This document shows, piece after piece, positions 26,400 through 35,654 of a DNA stretch of 64,000 bases; within the stretch, counting starts at the first letter, position 1; each line of letters opens with the position of its first letter. The notes under the pieces were generated by a model that had not been told where the DNA came from, did no database searches, and saw only the letters and a program-made list of their open reading frames with translations. Source of the stretch: Hungatella sp. UBA3048 (lineage in GTDB: Bacteria > Bacillota > Clostridia > Lachnospirales > Lachnospiraceae); assembly GCA_002367105.1 (NCBI GenBank), contig DFCS01000044.1:124253-188252 (forward strand). The letters are read 5' to 3'. The position numbers and the translations under genes were made by a program.

Positions 26400-26430
26400 A
26401 AAAGTTACATTATTTGTCGTAAAAGTTACA
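26400..26430 (+). promoter_or_regulatory. Pair of 10-bp direct repeats, candidate LytTR (AgrA-like) binding site, with a -10 box downstream
   Basis: AAAAGTTACA occurs at 26400-26409 and again at 26421-26430, a centre-to-centre spacing of exactly 21 bp. TATAAT lies at 26459-26464, upstream of agrD. Confidence 0.6.
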
Positions 26431-26498
26431 ACATCTTCAAATTGATAAAAAGGGGGTATATAATAAAAATAAAATATACTTTAGGAGGTAATCCCATT

Positions 26499-26645
26499 AT
26501 GAAAAAAGTAAAGAATAATCCAAGAGTGGTCAGTATAATTAGCCATATGGCACTAGGTTTTTCTGTAATAGCAGCAAATACACTCTGCTGTGCTATTTAT
26601 CATCAACCAACAAAACCTGATTTGAAAAAATTGAGAAAGTTCTGA
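26499..26645 (+). CDS. agrD: AgrD-like autoinducing peptide precursor (48 aa)
   Basis: ATG 26499 follows TTAGGAGG. MKKVKNNPRVVSIISHMALGFSVIAANTLCCAIYHQPTKPDLKKLRKF has an amphipathic leader, a Cys-containing core, and a QP..P charged tail. The stop overlaps the agrB start (TGATG). Confidence 0.7.
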   Translation: MKKVKNNPRVVSIISHMALGFSVIAANTLCCAIYHQPTKPDLKKLRKF

Positions 26646-27223
26646 TGGAAAGGCTGGCAGAAAGATTAACTCATTATATTCTTTCTTATGAAGGGATGAA
26701 AGAGGAAGATTACAATATATATAAGTATGGAATACAAACAGGGTTAGAGATGTTTTTGTGTTTATTTATAAGCACAATACTAGCGATATACCTTAAATCG
26801 CTAGTAGAATTTTTAATATTTATAATTGTATTTTTTGCTTTAAGATCTTATGTTGGCGGGTTTCATTTAAAACACTTTACCTCATGCTGCTTTTGTTCTT
26901 GCAGTGTAATTTGTGCAGTATTGATTATTTCAAAAAAGTTTGAACCGTCTGTATATGTTTCAATGTTTGTGACGGTAGGTTGTATGTGGACAATCTATAG
27001 GTTAGCACCTATTACAACGAAGAAACTCATATTAGATGATAGTGAGATATCCTATTTTTCTTTTAAAAGAAAGCGAATCATGTTATGTATCATTGTTTTA
27101 GATATAATATTCGGAATCTTAGGTTTGGGTAGGTATGTATCATTGATTATGTATATTTTAGTCGTAATTTTAAACTCTATGATTATGGAATTGTTTAATG
27201 ATAAGAAATGTAGAAATACATAG
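26645..27223 (+). CDS. agrB: AgrB-family AIP-processing membrane peptidase
   Basis: The 192-aa polytopic product contains ...LRSYVGGFHLKHFTSC..., the conserved R-x-x-GG-H and Cys region of AgrB. Confidence 0.8.
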   Translation: MERLAERLTHYILSYEGMKEEDYNIYKYGIQTGLEMFLCLFISTILAIYLKSLVEFLIFIIVFFALRSYVGGFHLKHFTSCCFCSCSVICAVLIISKKFEPSVYVSMFVTVGCMWTIYRLAPITTKKLILDDSEISYFSFKRKRIMLCIIVLDIIFGILGLGRYVSLIMYILVVILNSMIMELFNDKKCRNT

Positions 27224-27421
27224 AGGGGTCCGTGTTCTATTAATTAAAATATGTTAATGATAGATGATTCCACATATCTGTTATTATATTTTTGTAGTGG
27301 GATAGAAGATGATAATACTCGCTATAAGAGATTATAACAGAAAGGAGTGTTGCCATTGCAGTATTTAAAAATAATTAGGCTATGGTAAAAAAAATAAAGA
27401 TGATTTAGAAAGGAGAAGAAT

Positions 27422-27607
27422 ATGGGAGATTATAGTGAATTTGATCTGGATTTAAAGAAGAAAACAACAAGAGCGGGTAATGGCGGTAATGGAGGTAATG
27501 GTGGAGAAGGAGGAGGAGGAACTTCTCAGGCTACAACAGTAACTATAACTATTGGTATGACTACATCAAAAAATTGCAGTGCCCCTACTTGTACATGCTT
27601 CTGTTAA
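27422..27607 (+). CDS. Class I lanthipeptide precursor (LanA)
   Basis: The RBS is GAAAGGAGAAG. The leader contains the FDLD box (F-N/D-L-D). The C-terminal region TSQATTVTITIGMTTSKNCSAPTCTCFC has 13 Ser/Thr and 4 Cys. The gene lies directly upstream of lanB. Confidence 0.8.
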   Translation: MGDYSEFDLDLKKKTTRAGNGGNGGNGGEGGGGTSQATTVTITIGMTTSKNCSAPTCTCFC

Positions 27608-27687
27608 GTTGTAGCTGTAAGCTCATTTTTGATAACCAAAGTGGTTAGATCTACACGTAAAAATTATAAATCTAGATAATGAGCTGC

Positions 27688-27724
27688 ATAGGGCGTACTT
27701 AAAACTATATTAAGTACGCCCTAT
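27688..27724 (+). terminator. Intercistronic hairpin between lanA and lanB (putative leaky terminator or processing site)
   Basis: A perfect 15-bp stem ATAGGGCGTACTTAA / TTAAGTACGCCCTAT is present, with only a weak T-tract after it. Confidence 0.5.
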
Positions 27725-27754
27725 TATAAGTATTGAGAATATGAGGGGGTAAAT

Positions 27755-30700
27755 ATGGATTATATAGCAAAAGATTTTATTATGATCAGGATACCATTGC
27801 TTTCTGAAGAGTTTTTAGATTTTGTACTTAAAGAGTCTGTTAATAACGAAAATAAATTCATGGAACTAGTCGAAAATAACGTATTTATGGAAGCAATACA
27901 AATCGCTTCACCAGATTTGTATCATATGATTGTAGAAAGTAAAAAAAACAATCAAAATACTATTATCAATAAAAAAATCATTAACTCCTTATGTAAATAT
28001 GCGGTCAGGGCCTCATCAAGAACTACACCATTTGGCCTTTTTTGTGGTTTTTGCATGGGGACTTTTGGTGATAACACATCTTTAATCTTAAGTGATCATA
28101 CTGATACATTAACAAAACGTGCTAGAGCCGATGCGGAATGGATTGATAATATTGTGGTAAAATTAGAAAAAAGTAAAAAATTTATGAGGAAAATAAATGT
28201 ATATAAAAATACAGTTTCATATAAAAAGGGTTATAGATTAATTAATCCATATCTTTGCAATGAAAACATTAAAAAAAATGACGCAATCGATATATCGTCG
28301 TCAATTCGCTATTCTGAGCAAGTAGAGCAAGTGCTTGAACTATGTAAATCAGGTATTGAATTCGGAGATTTAGAAACAGAAATGTGTAAATTATACAGTG
28401 GAACAGATCATACGGTAATAGAGACTTTTCTATGGGGGTTACTAGAAAATGGATTCATCATATCTGAATTAAGAATGCCAAAGGCAAATATAAATGCAAT
28501 AAAATATTTGAGCGAAATCATAAAAAGAACCAGTTTAGAAGAAGAATTATTAACTGATTTGTTGGAAATTCAAAAACTGATGGAAGCGTATTGCAGAACC
28601 TGCGTAGGGGATGGTATATACCTATTTGATAAGTTACAGGGAAAAATGAAAGGTGTAGTAGAAAACAGTAACTATCTGCAAGTTGACATGAAAATGCAAA
28701 TGAATAATGCTCAAATCAGTTTTAAGATTAAAAATGAATGTGAGAATATTGCAAATAAATTAGCTAAATTATCTGGATATATTGATGGGAATTATAATAT
28801 AAACGAATATAAAAAAGAATTCTTGGAAAAGTATAGTACGTATATTGAAGTTTCGCTCTTAGAATTACTTGATCCAGAACTTGGTCTTGGGGCGCCGGCA
28901 GGCTATATATATCCGGCTAGTAACAGGATATCAAATGTTAAGAATCTAAATAATTCTGCTAAGGCTGCAAATGATTTAAGACATTATTTAATAAATAAGA
29001 TAACATATTCTGCCTGTTCGACTACGAAAAATATCGAATTTACGGACAAGGATGTTGTGTTTGTAGACGAAGATATTGATTATATGGATCATATTTTGGA
29101 AAAATATAAAAGTAATGTTCTTCCAGATTCTTTTGAAATGAATTTTTTAATTTTTGCTTCTGATGAAAAAGAGATTGAAAAAGGAAATTATAAAATTGGT
29201 ATCGGGCCAAATGTTGGCTCAGATCGAGCTGGCAGAATATGGGGTAGGTTTGCAGACATGCTTAGTACCGATGAGAGGGTAAAATATGATGAGTTGTATT
29301 ACGGTTTAAGAGATTGCCTGGACGAAAATTATCAATTGATAGAGATTCAAGAAGAGCCATTATCAAGCCGGGTGGGTAATATCATTTTAAATTGTAATTG
29401 TTCCGAATACCAGACTACGATAGGGTGCAAAGGTAATGAAGAAAAACAGAATTTAGAATTAAGTGATATTGTTGTTGGTGTTGATACTAATACAAATGAT
29501 TTTTATTTAAAATCAAAATCTTTAAATAAAAAAGTGAAGTTTATTACTTTTAATATGCTTAATACACTAGTAGAAAGTAATTTGTGCAGATTTGTCAGAG
29601 AAATTTCTAGTAATAGAGATAGTTGTGTTTCGCGATTAGTAGATGGCTTGTTTTTAGAAGGATATACATATATTCCAAGAATGATATATAAAAATGTAAT
29701 ATTATCACCAAGAAGTTGGAGATTTACATTAGATTCCTCAGGGATCAATTATACTGATTTTATAAAAAAATTTAATGAGTGGCGAGTAAAATGGAAACTG
29801 CCGGATATTATTTATGAAAAACACTTTGATGATTTATTTTTAATAAACTTAAACGATTCATCACAAGTACATAATTTATATCTAGACTTAATTAAAAATA
29901 GTATTCTTGTGTTTGTTGATTATGGGATGAAAGAAATATTGGTAAAGGACTGCAATGGCAAAAAGTATTATTCAGAATTTGTTATACCATTCATTAAAGA
30001 AAGCAAAGGGGGAGGGCAGAATAATTCTTTAAATACTGCGAATGTATTGAAAACTACATCTGATTATACAAGAAATAAAGCTGTCTACACTTTCTATGAT
30101 AAGGAGCGAGTAGTGACACCTGGATTTAATGATTGGTGGTATTTGAAATTTTATTGTGACAATCAGAGTGCTGACTCTTATCTATGCGATAATATTTTAC
30201 CTTGGTGCGAAAATCATATTTCACAGGGGAATATGATCCAATTCTTTTTTATTCGTTATGCTGATCCTGAATTTCATATAAGATTAAGGATAAAATTATC
30301 TGGAAATCTTTATATGGACGTTATTGAGCCATGGATCAGAGATATGATAAATAAGACTGGAATTAGTAATATGAGCATTAATTCATATGAACGGGAATTA
30401 GAGCGTTATGGGGGAAGTTTATCATATAGTTTCGTAGAAGAGTATTTTTATTGGGACAGTCTATTTATCATGAAGATATTGAAGAATAAAATGAGTGATG
30501 AATATGACGAAGAATTAATTGTAATGAATAATATATGTATCTTGAGCTGTTTTGATTTAAAAATAGACGATCAAATAGAATTTTTTGAAAACAGTTATAC
30601 GGAATTAAACAGATTAAAAAAAGAATATAATCAGTATACAAAAAAATTCATTATTTTGATAGATCATATAAATGAACTTCTTTCATTAAAAAATGCTGTT

Positions 30701-30958
30701 TCAGAGGATGAAAAATTATTTAATGAGTTAAAAAGTGTGTTTGAGGTATGGAAAGAAAAACTAAAATTATATGTTGTTAATTTACATAAGTATGATAATG
30801 AAGGTAAATTAACAAATAATTTAGTAGATATTTTACGTAGTATATTACATATGCACTGCAATAGATTCCGGGGAGATACCACATGGGAAAGGAAAACTCT
30901 AGAATACACTTATAGAAGCTTATATGCGTATAGAAACTATAAGAAATACAATCCTTGA
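27755..30958 (+). CDS. lanB: Lanthipeptide dehydratase LanB (full length, glutamylation plus elimination domains)
   Basis: The 1067-aa product has the N-terminus ...FIMIRIPLLS...RASSRTTPFGLF. The C-terminal SpaB_C-like block is ...WWYLKFY...FFFIRYADPEFHIRLRI... Confidence 0.85.
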   Translation: MDYIAKDFIMIRIPLLSEEFLDFVLKESVNNENKFMELVENNVFMEAIQIASPDLYHMIVESKKNNQNTIINKKIINSLCKYAVRASSRTTPFGLFCGFCMGTFGDNTSLILSDHTDTLTKRARADAEWIDNIVVKLEKSKKFMRKINVYKNTVSYKKGYRLINPYLCNENIKKNDAIDISSSIRYSEQVEQVLELCKSGIEFGDLETEMCKLYSGTDHTVIETFLWGLLENGFIISELRMPKANINAIKYLSEIIKRTSLEEELLTDLLEIQKLMEAYCRTCVGDGIYLFDKLQGKMKGVVENSNYLQVDMKMQMNNAQISFKIKNECENIANKLAKLSGYIDGNYNINEYKKEFLEKYSTYIEVSLLELLDPELGLGAPAGYIYPASNRISNVKNLNNSAKAANDLRHYLINKITYSACSTTKNIEFTDKDVVFVDEDIDYMDHILEKYKSNVLPDSFEMNFLIFASDEKEIEKGNYKIGIGPNVGSDRAGRIWGRFADMLSTDERVKYDELYYGLRDCLDENYQLIEIQEEPLSSRVGNIILNCNCSEYQTTIGCKGNEEKQNLELSDIVVGVDTNTNDFYLKSKSLNKKVKFITFNMLNTLVESNLCRFVREISSNRDSCVSRLVDGLFLEGYTYIPRMIYKNVILSPRSWRFTLDSSGINYTDFIKKFNEWRVKWKLPDIIYEKHFDDLFLINLNDSSQVHNLYLDLIKNSILVFVDYGMKEILVKDCNGKKYYSEFVIPFIKESKGGGQNNSLNTANVLKTTSDYTRNKAVYTFYDKERVVTPGFNDWWYLKFYCDNQSADSYLCDNILPWCENHISQGNMIQFFFIRYADPEFHIRLRIKLSGNLYMDVIEPWIRDMINKTGISNMSINSYERELERYGGSLSYSFVEEYFYWDSLFIMKILKNKMSDEYDEELIVMNNICILSCFDLKIDDQIEFFENSYTELNRLKKEYNQYTKKFIILIDHINELLSLKNAVSEDEKLFNELKSVFEVWKEKLKLYVVNLHKYDNEGKLTNNLVDILRSILHMHCNRFRGDTTWERKTLEYTYRSLYAYRNYKKYNP

Positions 30959-30975
30959 GGTGAAAAATAATTATA

Positions 30976-32748
30976 ATGAAAAGTCGACAAAATAAGAGTA
31001 AAAAGATTTTAAGTTGTTTCATTAGGTGCAGTAGAATATTGTTTGGGACTACTCCTTATTACACTTGTAACATTATTATATGCATTGTATTGATTGCGAT
31101 CCAGCCTAGTGTTTCAGTAATGATTATGAGAAATATCATCAACAGTATTCAACAGAAGGATATACCTATACAGGAAATCCTTTTTCTGGCAGCAATATAT
31201 ATCTTTGTAGATATAACAAATGGATTGATCCTTAAATTAGTATCTTATCTATCTTTTGTTGTTGAGAAAAAATCATCAATAAATGTATCGACTGTCATAT
31301 TGGAAAAGACGAAAGAATTAGATCTTTCAGACTTTGAAAATATGAATACCTATGATTTGATTCAAAGAGCACAAAATGAGAGCAATGGTAAAATATTTGG
31401 ATACTTTATGAGTTTTTTATCGATCTTTCAAGCTTTAATTATAGTAATATCCAACTTTTTAATTGTAAAAAGTTGGAGTATTTTTATCGTGCTTTTTTTG
31501 GCAATAATAACCTTGATCAGAATGATATTTTTAATAAAGTTAGGTGGAGAAAAACATAGTATACTCCGTGAAAGAACGCATAAGGAAAGAGAAAGATGGT
31601 ATTATCAATTTTTATTAACAAATGATATTGCATTTAAAGAAATTAAAATATATGATTTGTATCAATATTTTATTGATAAGTTCAAAAACCTTAGTAATAT
31701 TTTCTATGATCAGGATAAAAATATATCTAAAAAACAATTTACTATTGACACATTATTTTCAGTTATAGATTCAGCACTATCAGGAGTTGTTTTTTGTTTA
31801 TTAATTATTAGTAGTAAAATAGGCCGGCTTATGATTGGTGATATTGTCGGATATATGAGTAGCATCTCTAATATTAAAAACAACATTGAGAATTTTTGTT
31901 TAAGTATTGCTAATATATGTGAAAGCACACTTTATGTATCACAATTATTTGAGTTGTTGGATATTAATTCCAGACGTTCTATTGAAAATGGTAAAGTTGA
32001 GATTGATCAAATTAAAAGAATAGAATTAATTAATGTAAACTTTAAATATAGTGGAAAAGATGAGTATGCATTGAAAAATATTAATTTATTATTCGAGAAA
32101 AATAAAATGGTTTTTTTAGTTGGAAAAAATGGTTCTGGAAAATCCACATTAGTAAAGTTAATATCAGGATATTATCAGAATTATGAAGGGGATATTTTAG
32201 TTAATGGAATTAACTTAAGGGAAATTAATTTAAAACAATATCAAGAAAAGTTGGGAATTTTACTTCAAGACTTTATGATGTATGAGCTGCCCTTGAGAAG
32301 TAATGTGGCTTTATCCAATTTACGTTACTACAATGATGATAAAGAAATTAATGGATTATTACATTCTGTAGGATTTACTAAATATGAAACATTGGATATG
32401 CAGTTGGGGTATTGGTTTGAAAATGGTCATCAATTATCTCGTGGTGAATGGCTGAAAATCGCTCTAGCGCGTGCTTTTATGAAGGATGCAGATATTTATA
32501 TTGCCGATGAACCAAACTCTTCCTTAGATGCCATATCTGAGTCAGAGATTATGCAATACTTTAGACATTTGATAAAAGGAAAAATATGTATTATTGTCAC
32601 TCATAAAATGAGTAACATAGTTACATCGGTAGGAAACATAATTGTCATGAATAATGGTCAGGTAATGCAAATGGGGACACATGATTATTTGATGAAAAAT
32701 TGTTCGATTTATTCAGAACTCTTTCATTGTGAGCCGAGCAATAATTAG
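30976..32748 (+). CDS. lanT: ABC exporter (LanT-like, fused TMD-NBD, no C39 peptidase domain)
   Basis: The 590-aa product has six predicted TM segments, then GKNGSGKST, LSRGEWLK (degenerate signature) and IYIADEPNSSLD. There is no N-terminal Cys-protease domain. Confidence 0.8.
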   Translation: MKSRQNKSKKILSCFIRCSRILFGTTPYYTCNIIICIVLIAIQPSVSVMIMRNIINSIQQKDIPIQEILFLAAIYIFVDITNGLILKLVSYLSFVVEKKSSINVSTVILEKTKELDLSDFENMNTYDLIQRAQNESNGKIFGYFMSFLSIFQALIIVISNFLIVKSWSIFIVLFLAIITLIRMIFLIKLGGEKHSILRERTHKERERWYYQFLLTNDIAFKEIKIYDLYQYFIDKFKNLSNIFYDQDKNISKKQFTIDTLFSVIDSALSGVVFCLLIISSKIGRLMIGDIVGYMSSISNIKNNIENFCLSIANICESTLYVSQLFELLDINSRRSIENGKVEIDQIKRIELINVNFKYSGKDEYALKNINLLFEKNKMVFLVGKNGSGKSTLVKLISGYYQNYEGDILVNGINLREINLKQYQEKLGILLQDFMMYELPLRSNVALSNLRYYNDDKEINGLLHSVGFTKYETLDMQLGYWFENGHQLSRGEWLKIALARAFMKDADIYIADEPNSSLDAISESEIMQYFRHLIKGKICIIVTHKMSNIVTSVGNIIVMNNGQVMQMGTHDYLMKNCSIYSELFHCEPSNN

Positions 32749-32770
32749 CAGATCACCACAAGGAGTATAT

Positions 32771-34096
32771 ATGAAAAAAAATGTGGAATTAGTAAATGAA
32801 TCAAACATCATAATGGATTTAAGTATTATAAATCAGATAAACAACATACTTAATGACTATTTATATAAAATAGAAGAATTACAATATAGCATAAAAATAG
32901 AAGACATTATCGGAGCTGCATATGTTTATGCAGAAATATATGAGTATGTGGTAAATAAAGACCAATGGAACAATATCATAAGGAGGCAGTTTATAAGGTT
33001 AAAAGAATGTATTGAGCAAGGAGAATTAATGAATGATATGGCGTTATTCGGTGGTTTATGTGAAGCTGGATTAGCTGTTTATCTTTATTCAAAAAAAACG
33101 GGGCATTACATAAATTTTTGGAAGGAAATACATGAAATAATTTTAGACGATACTGTTAAACTAGTTGAAGAATACCATCAAAAGATTAACGACTTGCAAA
33201 TAAGACACTATGACTGCATTACGGGTTTAAGTGGTATTTTAAATTATTTAATTCATACAGATGCAGAACGTGATGATAATAAAGCAATTATAGAAGATGT
33301 GTTGGGTTATTTACTTAAAATTACTGAAAGAAAACTGGTTAATGGAAAGATAGTCCCAGGTTGGCATATTAGACGAGAAAATCAAATACGGGAGGATGAA
33401 AAGGTAAGATTTAAAAATGGTAATTTTGATTTTGGAATATCACATGGAATCGCAGGTCCTTTAGCAGTGCTGTCAATGGCCTACCAAAAAGGATATTGTA
33501 TTGAAGGCCAGAAAGAAGCAATTTTATCTATATTAGAAGAATATGAAAGGCTCTCATCGCATTTTAAAGATAGTACCTTGTGGCAAGGACAATATTCATT
33601 TGAAAATTATTTACAGAGTCAACAAGACCCCATTATGAATTACAATAGAATGAGTTGGTGCTATGGTTCAATAGGAATATTAAGAGCGATAAAGTTAGCG
33701 GGATTTGCATTAGATTCCCAAGAGCTGATAGAATGGGAACAAAAAAATGTTTTTAAAATAGCGGGGATGCTATCAAAAGATTATCTTCTTGATTCACCAA
33801 TTATCTGCCATGGGTATGCAGGTTTAATGGCTTTGCTTACTATTGAATATAAGGAACATGCTAATTATATACTAAAAGAAAAAATAAATGAATTGGCCAA
33901 TATTATAGTGAAAAAATATAATTCCAATTTTATGTTTGGATTTGAGCATACAGAAATATACTATCATAATGGAAAATATTTGAAAAACGAAATGTATGGA
34001 AATGAGTTTTTGTATGGAGCATCAGGAATTATTTTATCTCTGATATCTTTAATAAAATTGGATACTTATTGGGAAATACATCTATTAGCAAAATAA
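32771..34096 (+). CDS. lanC: Lanthipeptide cyclase LanC
   Basis: ATG 32771 follows AAGGAG. The zinc and active-site motifs are GISHGIAGP, WCYGSIG and CHGYAG. Confidence 0.85.
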   Translation: MKKNVELVNESNIIMDLSIINQINNILNDYLYKIEELQYSIKIEDIIGAAYVYAEIYEYVVNKDQWNNIIRRQFIRLKECIEQGELMNDMALFGGLCEAGLAVYLYSKKTGHYINFWKEIHEIILDDTVKLVEEYHQKINDLQIRHYDCITGLSGILNYLIHTDAERDDNKAIIEDVLGYLLKITERKLVNGKIVPGWHIRRENQIREDEKVRFKNGNFDFGISHGIAGPLAVLSMAYQKGYCIEGQKEAILSILEEYERLSSHFKDSTLWQGQYSFENYLQSQQDPIMNYNRMSWCYGSIGILRAIKLAGFALDSQELIEWEQKNVFKIAGMLSKDYLLDSPIICHGYAGLMALLTIEYKEHANYILKEKINELANIIVKKYNSNFMFGFEHTEIYYHNGKYLKNEMYGNEFLYGASGIILSLISLIKLDTYWEIHLLAK

Positions 34097-34141
34097 TGGA
34101 ACAAAAATGAAATCACATTACTGAGAGGCAGGGATTTAATA

Positions 34142-35362
34142 ATGTGGAATGAACATGTCATATGTTTGAGCAAATGGAACCAACTGAAAAGTATGAAAGA
34201 ATTACAACCTGAGAATTGTGAAATATTTGAACCAGATATCTCATTTATAGTTATATGCAAAAATGAAGAAAGATGCATCGAGAGATGCATTCGGAGTATT
34301 CAAAACGAATATGCCAAGGATGATGAAATCATAGTCATTGATACTGGATCTACAGACAATTCAATAAATATTGTTAGCCAGATTGATGAATGTAGATTAA
34401 TTAAAAAGACATGGGAAAATGATTTTTCTATGATTAGAAATTTTGGAATCAATTTAGCTACTAAAACTTGGATATTTTTTATAGATGCAGATGAGATATT
34501 GATAAAAGGATCAATAAAAAATCTGAAAAAGTCTTTAATGATATTAGATTATAATTCTATAAGTAATGTTATTATTTCACCATTAATTGTCAATTCAAAT
34601 TTGCATGTAATTCGAGAAGTAAAGAGAATATTTAAAAAAAATGATGGAATATTTTATTATGGATGTATTCATGAAGAACCTAGAAAAAATATAGAAAAAT
34701 CAGGTGCAGATTTAATTCACTTATTCTTGGATAATGTTGCCCTTGAGCATGATGGATATAAAAGGGAAATTGTAAAATTAAAAGATAAGGCAAATAGAAA
34801 TACAGATTTATTGAAAAAAATGATTTGTGTTGAACCCCAAAATCCAAGATGGAAATATTTTTTATGCAGGGATGGAAGAAATAGTATCAATGAAATGGAA
34901 TACGAATATCTATTAAATGAAGTAATCCAATTGTCAAGTCAGGAACCGATATTTTTGCGATACCGAATAAGAGCCACAAGTGATTTGATAAGCTATTTTA
35001 TTGATTCTGATAGATTAAATGAAGCTGATATTCTCTTAAATAAATTAGAAAAGTTGGATAATGATTTAAGTGATATCGTTTATTTTAGGCACTTTATAAA
35101 ATATGTAAAATGTAAAAAAGAAATTATGCAAATATTTCAATCACTTGTTGAATGCAAAAAAAAATATACAGACATAGAATACGGGGGGATTCATTCAAGC
35201 TATTTTCATATAGATTATTTAATGGGGTTACTATTATTTGATTTAGGCGAGTACCAATATGCATTTCAGATTTATAATCATTTAGAAGCCAATGAATATA
35301 TAGATCTGAAAGAAATGTTCAAAAATTTATATAATCAAATGACGAATTTTCTTAATGAATAA
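34142..35362 (+). CDS. Family-2 glycosyltransferase with a C-terminal TPR-like helical domain (SunS-like architecture)
   Basis: The GT-A blocks are ISFIVICKNEE, VIDTGSTDNS, WENDFSMIRNFG, FFIDADE (DxD), HEEP and EPQNPRW. The C-terminal 170 aa or so are helical repeats. The gene lies 45 nt downstream of lanC on the same strand. Confidence 0.7.
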   Translation: MWNEHVICLSKWNQLKSMKELQPENCEIFEPDISFIVICKNEERCIERCIRSIQNEYAKDDEIIVIDTGSTDNSINIVSQIDECRLIKKTWENDFSMIRNFGINLATKTWIFFIDADEILIKGSIKNLKKSLMILDYNSISNVIISPLIVNSNLHVIREVKRIFKKNDGIFYYGCIHEEPRKNIEKSGADLIHLFLDNVALEHDGYKREIVKLKDKANRNTDLLKKMICVEPQNPRWKYFLCRDGRNSINEMEYEYLLNEVIQLSSQEPIFLRYRIRATSDLISYFIDSDRLNEADILLNKLEKLDNDLSDIVYFRHFIKYVKCKKEIMQIFQSLVECKKKYTDIEYGGIHSSYFHIDYLMGLLLFDLGEYQYAFQIYNHLEANEYIDLKEMFKNLYNQMTNFLNE

Positions 35363-35502
35363 ATTGTAGGTGGCTGTCACACGAAGTATTTTAAAGCAGT
35401 AGAAATCGAAAAATATAACTATTAATTCTGCTTAGAAGATAATCAGAGATGAATATTATTATCATGCCTATGGCTTGATAATATGAAGAGACGGGGAGGC
35501 GG

Positions 35503-35616
35503 ACAAAAAGTTGGACTCAAAAATGGCTTGATGTTGGCTCTTATGGCTACAAACGATCGATCTTTCCAGAGGAAATTGCTGGTCCATTAGGGCAATCAGT
35601 TGGTCCAACTTTTTGT
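35503..35616. repeat. Perfect 14-bp inverted repeat enclosing 86 bp (possible mobile-element remnant)
   Basis: ACAAAAAGTTGGAC (35503-35516) pairs with GTCCAACTTTTTGT (35603-35616). Local GC content is visibly higher than in the surrounding island. Confidence 0.6.
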
Positions 35617-35654
35617 TTGCACCCCTTATAGAGGCTGAATTAACCTCTTTTTCC

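Noticed and set aside
27224-27421. Additional small peptide ORFs upstream of lanA (for example MLMIDDSTYLLLYFCSGIEDDNTRYKRL)
   Set aside because: They have no RBS, no leader-like motif and no Cys/Ser/Thr-rich core. The region is more likely the lanA promoter.
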